A stretch of DNA of 64,000 bases, from positions 1 through 64,000 of the IMG/VR virus record IMGVR_UViG_3300050015_000600. One strand, 5' to 3'. This document shows, piece by piece, positions 41,402 to 48,845 of this stretch. The position numbers were made by a program, and so were the translations under genes. The stretch is from a virus. Below the pieces are notes generated by a model, which was not told where the DNA came from, searched no databases, and was given only the letters and a program-made list of their open reading frames with translations. Every line of letters begins with the position of its first letter. Position 1 is the first letter of the stretch.

Positions 41402-41646
41402 AATTATAAAGTTGATGCAGTTTCGAACAATTGATTTTATGCAGTTCTTTTAAAATTTATTTCTGCGAATAAGATATATTTTTGATTTTGCAAAATACAT
41501 TATCGGAACCATTGCCCAGGTGAGTAGCTTTATTGAGTCTAGTAAATCACTCCTGAGACGTTTTTATTAATCTTTCGAATATTTATTAATAATTGAATAT
41601 AGCCCGATTATCGGTTTTATTGAGTTATTTATTTAAAAGGTGTATT

Positions 41647-42039
41647 ATGAAAACGAATTATGAACTTGAAGCGATTAAATTTGCTAAAAAATACGGTGTT
41701 AAATTAACCGTAATTGGTGACTCTATCAATAAACGTTATTTCTTAGGCGATAAAGAAAATAGAGAGGTATTCACGTTAAGACTAACAAGGAATAAAAAAC
41801 AATATACTTTCACATTTGGTCAAAGTATTGTAAACGGTGGAAAAACACCAACGATGTATGATGTTTTAGCTTGTCTAACTAAATACGATGTTGGGGATTT
41901 TGATGATTTTTGTAGTGAATTTGGTTTTTCTGCTTACGAAAAAAGTTCTGTTAAGATTTACGAAGCAGTATGCAAAGAATATAAAGCAGTACAACGTTTA
42001 TTTGGTGATATTTATGAAGAATTGCAGGAAATAGAATAA
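41647..42039 (+). CDS. Early hypothetical protein (start revised from 41593)
   Basis: AAAAGG SD before ATG 41647; PTMYDVLACLTKYDVGDFDDFCSEFG. Confidence 0.7.
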   Translation: MKTNYELEAIKFAKKYGVKLTVIGDSINKRYFLGDKENREVFTLRLTRNKKQYTFTFGQSIVNGGKTPTMYDVLACLTKYDVGDFDDFCSEFGFSAYEKSSVKIYEAVCKEYKAVQRLFGDIYEELQEIE

Positions 42040-42197
42040 TGAGTGTTATTCCAATAAAAAACGGCTCAAAATTTATCTGTACTTATAGAGTAGATAATAT
42101 TTTGATAAAAAACACATATAGTAATATGAGTATTACTGAAGCAAAGTTTTTATTTGCTGAATACTGCATGAAATTATTAGTTAAATATAATGTTTAA
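42039..42197 (+). CDS. Small early protein (52 aa, not in the ORF track)
   Basis: TAATG overlap; resembles 42507..42650. Confidence 0.55.
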   Translation: MSVIPIKNGSKFICTYRVDNILIKNTYSNMSITEAKFLFAEYCMKLLVKYNV

Positions 42198-42208
42198 CGG
42201 TCTTACTT

Positions 42209-42260
42209 AACGTGGTTACATGAGTGTTTTAAACAAGTTCGTTGCTTGTTCCACGTTCAA
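42209..42260 (+). ncRNA. tRNA-like element A (acceptor stem plus T-arm, no anticodon arm)
   Basis: AACGTGG/CCACGTT; AACAAG-TTCGTTG-CTTGTT; ends in CAA. Confidence 0.7.
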
Positions 42261-42297
42261 AATAAAATGTTTATTTAATAAAATTAAGGTATTTATT

Positions 42298-42507
42298 ATG
42301 TTACAAGTACAAACTAATCAATTAGTTAATGATAATTGTTATTATCACTATGCAAAGGCATTATCAAATTCTGCTTGTTTTGATTTAGTAGAATTTATCA
42401 ATCAATTCCAGGATAAAAAAGCAGTTATAAATTATATATTAGAATGTAATTTAAGCGACAAAGTCAACCGTTATATTAAACAACAATTTAATGAGGAATT
42501 AAACTAA
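42298..42507 (+). CDS. Early hypothetical protein (start revised from 42220)
   Basis: TAAGGT SD before ATG 42298. Confidence 0.6.
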   Translation: MLQVQTNQLVNDNCYYHYAKALSNSACFDLVEFINQFQDKKAVINYILECNLSDKVNRYIKQQFNEELN

Positions 42508-42778
42508 TGACTATACAACAAAATTTAAATGGTACAATAACAGTTTCGACAGTTATATTTAATCAGCACGTGAAACGTATTTATTCGGGCTATTCAATTA
42601 ATGAAATTAGAGTACTATTTGCAAAAGTAATCAAGGAATATTTAAAATGAAAGCACAAACCAGAAATAGATTAGATTTGTTAAAGTATGGAATGCTTTTT
42701 ATTATCAGTGCTATGGTGTTATTATTTTTAGCATATAAAGCAATTTGTCTTTTATCTTTTGTTTATCGTGGCTTTTAA
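42507..42778 (+). CDS. Two small early ORFs (42507-42650; 42647-42778, membrane peptide)
   Basis: TAATG and ATGA coupling; the second ORF has one hydrophobic helix. Confidence 0.5.
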
Positions 42779-42857
42779 GCCACTTTAAAAGCCCGTCAGG
42801 ACGTTTTTAAGACGTTAGGCACATAATTTACACGTTATTAATTATAACGTTTGTAAA

Positions 42858-42921
42858 ACCGTTGTAAAGTGGTTACAATTGTATTTATACAATTTCAGTT
42901 TCGATTACTGAAACGGTGCAA
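42858..42921 (+). ncRNA. tRNA-like element B (compact cloverleaf with a 4-nt anticodon-position loop)
   Basis: ACCGTT/AACGGT; GTAA-AGTGG-TTAC; ATTGTA-TTTA-TACAAT; TCAGT-TTCGATT-ACTGA; ends in G-CAA. Confidence 0.7.
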
Positions 42922-42958
42922 AATTAGAATTTATTATTTATTATTAGGATTATTTAAA

Positions 42959-43594
42959 ATGAAAAAATCATTTAGCAAAACAGCAAACGGGAATTATAAA
43001 GTTAATACATTCGTTCCCGTATTCAATGGGTATTACGATAGCATCTTTGAAGGCGACAGCGTCGAAGAAAATGAAATGGAATACTTCAACGAACAAAGAC
43101 TTGAAGCGGGCAAAACAGAAATTAAGGACTACGAGCTATTCAAATTTGATTTAGAAACTTTTTATAAAGAAACAACTGTACAAATTGAGAATATAGTAAG
43201 TTTTTGGCTTAAAAAATTAGGATTTATTACAACTTCCCGTTTTCAAAAATTGTCAAGTCCAAAAGAATACAATTTTTACAATGATTCTATCTGGGTTGAC
43301 TATGAATTGACAAAAGAGAACATAGGGAATATTAAAAAGTATCTGAAAAGTGATATTGATAAATTCCAAACTTATTTAGACGAAAATTACATAGCACGTG
43401 ATGGATTTATTCCATATTATTCTACTTATTTAGGTGACTGGTTAAACAACAAAGCATTATTTGATTCTCATCAATTAGGAGCAATTTTAAATTTCATACT
43501 GCTTAATGAAGAATACTCCGAAAATGATATTTATGAAGAATTGGAAGTTAATGTGGAATTAACAAATTACGATGAATTGTGGAATATGGAATAA
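42959..43594 (+). CDS. Early acidic hypothetical protein (start revised from 42869)
   Basis: FNGYYDS...SPKEYNFYND...RDGFI pattern seen in uncharacterised phage proteins; AGGA SD. Confidence 0.7.
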   Translation: MKKSFSKTANGNYKVNTFVPVFNGYYDSIFEGDSVEENEMEYFNEQRLEAGKTEIKDYELFKFDLETFYKETTVQIENIVSFWLKKLGFITTSRFQKLSSPKEYNFYNDSIWVDYELTKENIGNIKKYLKSDIDKFQTYLDENYIARDGFIPYYSTYLGDWLNNKALFDSHQLGAILNFILLNEEYSENDIYEELEVNVELTNYDELWNME

Positions 43595-43600
43595 AAACAA

Positions 43601-43666
43601 AAGCCGTGTTACTATGTATATTAATATATGTTAGTTTACAAAATTCGCAATTTTGCACGGCTTCAA
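43601..43666 (+). ncRNA. tRNA-like element C
   Basis: AAGCCGTG/CACGGCTT; CAAAA-TTCGCAA-TTTTG; one AT hairpin replaces the D and anticodon arms; ends in CAA. Confidence 0.7.
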
Positions 43667-43702
43667 ATGTATTATTTATAATTATTATTAGGGAAAAGTA
43701 TT

Positions 43703-44420
43703 ATGAAAAAGCTATATTATGGCCAATATAACGTTGGCAATGCTAAATATATAGTAACTTTTGTAGATGAAACGCATTTGCATAAAGACGGCAGTTTGCA
43801 ATACGGAATAAAAACATTCACAAACAAGCAATTATTTAACCAATTTATAATAGCGTTGCATAAAGACGGCTATAAGGAAAGATAAAACTATGAAAAAAGA
43901 TACTGAAATTACGAAAGTTATATTTAGGAAGTTCAAACCTACTGATGACTTTGCATGCGATATTATTGCTTTGTTTCCTGAAGACAGTTACGCAGGAAGA
44001 TACACTACTCTTGCTTATGTTCACGTTGGACAGCATTTTGAAGTTGATTACAAAACTGTTATTAAACAATCAGTTCCAGCAACTGAAAACGAATACAAAG
44101 ACCTAAAAACCGAACTTGAAAACGGTTTTGATTATAACTTTAAAGTATTAAAAAGAGCAAAAATCATTTATAAATAACGGAGTTAAAAAATGAACGCAGT
44201 AATTAAGAAAATTAACGACGACGGTACAACGGCAGAACATAAGCCGTTTATTTACAAAACAAAACAGTATAAATTGCGTAAAACTATTTATAAATACGCA
44301 CAAATTTATTCGGATAAGTGGAAGTCCGACGTTATGATTTATGTACATTACAATTATGATCCAGAAGGTGTTTTCTCTAAAATGATTAAATACCATTATC
44401 AAGAAAAATTATTTTCTTAA
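43703..44420 (+). CDS. Three early genes (43703-43885, 43890-44177, 44190-44420)
   Basis: The middle gene carries VIFRKF..IIALFPE..YVHVGQH..PATENEY, a pattern seen in uncharacterised phage proteins. Confidence 0.65.
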
Positions 44421-44426
44421 AAGAAC

Positions 44427-44468
44427 AGCGGAGAATGGTTCTAAGGTTCGATTCCTTGCTCCGCTCAA
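44427..44468 (+). ncRNA. tRNA-like element D (minimal, 42 nt)
   Basis: AGCGGAG/CTCCGCT; 8-nt linker AATGGTTC with D-loop-like GG; TAAGG-TTCGATT-CCTTG; ends in CAA. Confidence 0.8.
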
Positions 44469-44503
44469 TATGTATTTTATTATTATTAATTAGAGGTTTC
44501 AAG

Positions 44504-45318
44504 ATGAAAAAGAACAAAACTACTCAAGCTATTAGCATAATAGCAAATAATGGCGGATTAGATTTAAGTCGTATTCGCCGGAACTATATGGCAGACAGTC
44601 AATATAGTTTGGCAAATAAAAATTGCCGCTTCAAGGGTTCTTATGGCGAATACCTAAAAGATGCAATAAAAACTATGTTGCCAAAAGAATTAGAACGTGT
44701 TGCAAGTCGTGTTGCAAGTTATTATTTAGGGGTATAATTATGAAAGTATTAGAATTTAGCCCACAGAACAATCTGAATGTTAACCATAGAAAGGAAAATT
44801 ACTTCCAATGTGAATATTCAATTGTTGTATTTGACGAAAAAACAAAGAAGTTTTCTACTCCTGTAGTATTGCGTATATATATTACTCCGAGCATAAATTA
44901 TGCTTGCGTCTGGGGTATAGAAAAACACTTTGAAGGCTCATTCAAAGGTTCAGCATTCCAAAGTACAAATAGCACGGCTCTTAATGCTTTAATAATTGCT
45001 GGTTTTGTCTTTGAAGACGCTTGGAGCAGTTCAATTGAAGACGTTATGTCCGCTATAGCCGAATGTTTTGGTTACAAGAATTATTTTATTCATAAAGCTA
45101 ATCCATAAGGAAGAAAAAAAATGACAGTCACTATTAATCTAAATATGACCAAAGACGAAGCTATGTTAGTTCTAACGGCTTTAAATGACAAATTAGGCAG
45201 TTTGTATAACGATATGGATTATTATCTTAACCGTAAAACTAACAATGCAAAGTATAGTGAAGCAGTGTTTTATAAAGGCAGAATAGAGAAGTTAATAGAA
45301 GCGTTTAGCGTCTTGTAA
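44504..45318 (+). CDS. Three early genes (44504-44737, 44740-45108, 45121-45318; first two starts revised)
   Basis: GAGG, AGGGG and AAGGA SD motifs at the revised starts. Confidence 0.6.
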
Positions 45319-45322
45319 CGTA

Positions 45323-45368
45323 AAAATAGCATGGTATTCGGGAGGTTCAAATCCTCCCCTATTTTCTA
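45323..45368 (+). ncRNA. tRNA-like element E (minimal, 46 nt)
   Basis: AAAATAG/CTATTTT; linker CATGGTATTC; GGGAGG-TTCAAAT-CCTCCC; ends in CTA. Confidence 0.8.
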
Positions 45369-45403
45369 AAGTATTATTATTAATTTATTATTCGAGGTAT
45401 AAA

Positions 45404-46279
45404 ATGAAGTTTCAAAAAAGTACTAAAAAAGAGTGGTACGGAATGTTTTTGTATTCCGTAGAAGGCGAAGAGCCGTTATGCAATTATTACTCCGACCCAA
45501 AAATAGCCGTTAGAGAAGCTAAAAAGTGGTCAAAGGATTTAGAAGGCGAACAATATATAGAAGTTTGGAAACGTGATAAAAATGGCAATTATGGAGATTC
45601 TGGCACACCATTGTACAAAAGCGACGAGGTGGCATAATGGAAAAATTGAATATAACACAACTTGACGGCAATTTAATATTGCATAACGGCGATTATCAAT
45701 ACTCTAACAAGCCATTAAAAGAATGGGATTGCGATAATTTTGTAGAGTATATTAAAGACTACTCAAATATGGATTGGAATTGTAGCGATAATTTGTTATG
45801 CTATTTATATGATATTGATTATCTTAATTACATACCATCAAATTATGCACCTATATATCTATATGGCGTGTGGCAGGTATTAAAAGAACATATCGAAAGC
45901 AATGAAAAATATGTATTAAGTCCAAGACACAGGACTTTGCAAAAACGTCGTATCAATAAATGGAATAAACAAGCCGAAGCGAACAGACAGGAATTTTTAT
46001 GTAGATTAAAAGAAATAAGAGAGGAAAGCAATGATTAGAAATATAATATTAAACTTTATATCATTCGGCGTGTGGTATATATTCTTAGGTGCTTATATGC
46101 CGATGATATTCAAATGTAGTCTAATTGCAAATATGGTAGGGACGTTTTCAGCGTTCCTACTGTGGAATTTAGGCGACTGTGTACGCAATATGCGGTTTGC
46201 TCGTTTGGCGTGGGGTTACTTACCGCAAAAACAAATTAAAGAAATAGTTCATTATCAAAATACAGGCGAAAGATTGTAA
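45404..46279 (+). CDS. Three early genes (45404-45637, 45637-46038, 46031-46279 membrane protein)
   Basis: Coupled ORFs with GAGG SDs. Confidence 0.6.
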
Positions 46280-46282
46280 AAC

Positions 46283-46327
46283 ATTGCTTTAAGCTATGCC
46301 CCTTTCGAGGGGTATATTTAAGTCAAT
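46283..46327 (+). other. Long UUCG-capped hairpin (terminator or processing site)
   Basis: TATGCCCCT-TTCG-AGGGGTATA extended by ATTG..TTAA/TTAA..CAAT. Confidence 0.6.
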
Positions 46328-46354
46328 TTTTATTATTATTTAGAGGGTAGAATT

Positions 46355-46612
46355 ATGAAAAAAGCATTATGTATATGCAATATGTGTGGAGCTTTGTTAA
46401 TAGACGAAAATCCACAAGTAGATGCAATGGAATATGAATTAACAGGTGCAGAACAAGAAATGGAATATCATTACGACAGGGAGGATGGTTCGTATTATGG
46501 GTGTCCTAATTGCCATACAGACGGTTATTTAACCGATAATTTGACAAGTGAAGCTCATCTTGGGTTGTATAACCACATGAAACATAATTGCGAGGCGACT
46601 TATGCAAACTAA
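46355..46612 (+). CDS. Small Zn-ribbon protein
   Basis: CNMCG...CPNCHTDGYL. Confidence 0.65.
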   Translation: MKKALCICNMCGALLIDENPQVDAMEYELTGAEQEMEYHYDREDGSYYGCPNCHTDGYLTDNLTSEAHLGLYNHMKHNCEATYAN

Positions 46613-47474
46613 AATTAATGAATTTCTTGCAATGCCAACACGTAAATCTATGGTAATTTCCGATGATTATAAAAGATTAGTCACTTCAACTTTTGAAAAG
46701 TATCAAAAGAAGTTTGAAACGTTGTCAAGAGCGAATATAATAGAGTATCTAAATACTTCCGATTATTCGCAGGGTTCTAAATATACAATAGCAACTACTT
46801 TATGCAGGTTCGGGCGTGAGTTCGATCTGCTTAAAGAAAATGATATTAATACTATCAAGCGTTGTTTCCCAAAAGACCGCAAAGAATGGTCGAAAGAAAA
46901 CCTAAAAGCAAATGACCTTGACACAATACTCGATACGATTATTAAGCGTAGAAAGCTCCCTGTTACTAATTTAAGGGACGCATTGTCTATTGCATTGCTT
47001 AGTTCATTCGGAATGCGTGTAGGGCAGTTAATAGCCATGCAAAGAGATGATATTAGAATAATTGAGGATAAAATCGTTGTCGCTCTTATCCGTCAAAAGC
47101 ATAATAAGTTTGACCGCTCTCAAGGCGATGTGTTCAAAGTGTCGTTGCCTATGAATTATAAAGTCGGACAATATAATCTTAAAACATTATTGCTGAGATA
47201 CAAAGAATTATTACCACAGGACAGTCCGGCTTTGATATACGGCAAAACTTTCGACGCTCCTATGACCACCGCCGGAATGCGCAAGGTTATTAAGAAAATA
47301 GGTGAAGATATACACATGCCTGATCTACACCCTCATGTTTTTAGGCATTACGTAGGAACTAAATTAACTATAGAATACGGTGTAGAAGTTGCTTGCGCTA
47401 TGCTTAATCATGCGGCTATTAATACGACTAAAACATATTTGAATAAAGAATCAATTTTAGATAAAATTAAATAA
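46602..47474 (+). CDS. Tyrosine recombinase/integrase (XerC/D size)
   Basis: GMRVGQL (R), HPHVFRH (HxxR), LNHAAINTTKTY (H...Y). Confidence 0.92.
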   Translation: MQTKINEFLAMPTRKSMVISDDYKRLVTSTFEKYQKKFETLSRANIIEYLNTSDYSQGSKYTIATTLCRFGREFDLLKENDINTIKRCFPKDRKEWSKENLKANDLDTILDTIIKRRKLPVTNLRDALSIALLSSFGMRVGQLIAMQRDDIRIIEDKIVVALIRQKHNKFDRSQGDVFKVSLPMNYKVGQYNLKTLLLRYKELLPQDSPALIYGKTFDAPMTTAGMRKVIKKIGEDIHMPDLHPHVFRHYVGTKLTIEYGVEVACAMLNHAAINTTKTYLNKESILDKIK

Positions 47475-47547
47475 GAGGTATTTGGATGATAGACGATAAT
47501 TTAGAATATGATGTATTAAAAAAAAGGTTGATATTCCATTTGCAGGA

Positions 47548-47984
47548 ATGTTGCATTGTTTATATTCAATAAAATTTAAATGCAAAGGAGAACTTAGCGA
47601 CGAACAAAAAGACAAAGCGTACAGGTGTCTTCGTGTAATAGCAGAAGACGAAAACAGTGATAATGAAGCCCACGCATGGTGCTACAATCAGTTAGGTCTT
47701 ATAGAATCAGGCAGGTCAAGATTTATAAAAATAGATTAAGGAATAAAGGAATGATAGCAATTAATCAAAACGAAGAAGCAGTACCTTTAATGTACATACT
47801 AACCGATTATGATTTACGCGGTGGTTTGGATACGGGTACTAAAATAACAGACTTTAGGCTATCACAGCAAGTGATAAATACAATGCCTACGTTGGTTTAT
47901 ATTAATAAAGACGGCAAAGCGGTATTATTAAAAAGTCGGCATGACAATATTAGCATAGGATTTATTGACCTTCGGGATATATAA
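47548..47984 (+). CDS. Two small hypothetical genes (ending at 47739 and 47984)
   Basis: SD motifs near 47476 and 47739-47749; exact starts uncertain. Confidence 0.45.
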
Positions 47985-47998
47985 TAGATTAAACCCTC

Positions 47999-48032
47999 AG
48001 CCGAGCCTTTTAAACGAGGTTCGGCTTTTTTT
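47999..48032 (+). terminator. Intrinsic terminator ending the early operon
   Basis: AGCCGAGCCT/AGGTTCGGCT followed by a T run. Confidence 0.85.
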
Positions 48033-48092
48033 GTGTCTTAGTATGCCTATATTTGTTGTGTTTGTACAATTTAATATATTTTATGATATAAA

Positions 48093-48124
48093 TTTGTATA
48101 TGTTGCAAAATAATCGTATGTTTG
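48093..48124 (+). promoter_or_regulatory. Bacteroidota-type promoter for the RNA-gene cluster
   Basis: TTTG-N20-TATGTTTG. Confidence 0.8.
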
Positions 48125-48201
48125 AATGTTCAGTTATTTGTAAATCGAACAAAGTGATTTTTAAGAAGGTTTTTGCACCTTATATTTTCCTTCTTAAAAT
48201 C

Positions 48202-48340
48202 GGGGCAAAGTGGCGGAAATGGTAAACGCACGGGCATGATTAGCAGGAAGCTACTACCGTACATAGTGCGGATAGATATATCCAAGACACGTAGCTGAAA
48301 TAAATACTATACTTGCAGGTTCGAATCCTGCCTTTGCCCC
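48202..48340 (+). ncRNA. tRNA(Leu)-shaped RNA with the anticodon arm replaced by an ~85-nt insert
   Basis: GGGGCAAAG/CTTTGCCCC; D region TGGCGGAAATGGTAAACGC; GCAGG-TTCGAAT-CCTGC. Confidence 0.75.
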
Positions 48341-48360
48341 TAAATAGTTCTTTGAATAAA

Positions 48361-48730
48361 AACCCATCGGGAGATTAGAAAACCTGAATAAAACAAATCG
48401 GGGAGTAAGACGACACGCTGTAAGCTGTTAGGGTCTCCCTTGAAAATGTAATAAACCCCGCAAGTACTTTACGATATATTGCGGCAAATAATGTAGTTGT
48501 TTTGGACATACTCGCGGGGTCTCTTTTTCAGAGGGTGGTTGCCTTAGGCTAAGCTATGATTGAGCAAGGTGCGTACTAACAGGACTGTAGAACAGCGACA
48601 GATAGAAAAGTGTTGATACGTTCACGAACAGGCTATAGACTGGACTACCCTATCCTTTAGATGCAGTTTGATTCTGCTCGCTGACCGAGATTTGGTAAAG
48701 ACTGTAAATCGTACGTAACAGCAGGGGTCA
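48361..48730 (+). ncRNA. Large structured ncRNA between the two tRNA-shaped genes, family unassigned
   Basis: Multiple G-U-containing helices and a pseudoknot; no credible ORF. Confidence 0.65.
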
Positions 48731-48739
48731 TTTATTTTT

Positions 48740-48822
48740 GGAAGTGTCGCATAATTGGCATTGCATCTCCCCGCTAAGGAGACGACCTTCGGGTTGTACA
48801 GGTTCGAATCCTGTCGCTTCCA
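48740..48822 (+). tRNA. tRNA-Ser(GCT), CCA not encoded
   Basis: GGAAGTG/CGCTTCC; TCTCC-CCGCTAA-GGAGA; long variable arm CGACC-TTCG-GGTTG; ACAGG-TTCGAAT-CCTGT. Confidence 0.88.
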
Positions 48823-48845
48823 CAAACAATTTAAGAGATTTATGA

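Noticed and set aside
42209-45368. tRNA-like elements as integration scars (duplicated tRNA 3' ends), classical attC sites or plain terminators
   Set aside because: Each has its own matching 5' acceptor strand, which a scar would lack. There is no shared RYYYAAC/GTTRRRY core, and the stems are followed by CAA/CTA rather than a U-tract.
40430-48200. CRISPR array or diversity-generating retroelement
   Set aside because: No identical, regularly spaced repeats, no reverse transcriptase and no template/variable repeat pair were seen.
48202-48340. tmRNA or group I intron-containing tRNA
   Set aside because: It has a full D region, lacks G3-U70, and the insert is far too short for a group I core.
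48771-48777. CTA in the tRNA loop as an amber suppressor anticodon
   Set aside because: In the 7-nt loop CCGCTAA, positions 34-36 are GCT; CTA is shifted by one.
47965-48825. ORFs 47965-48225 and 48622-48825
   Set aside because: They overlap a terminator, a promoter and RNA genes.
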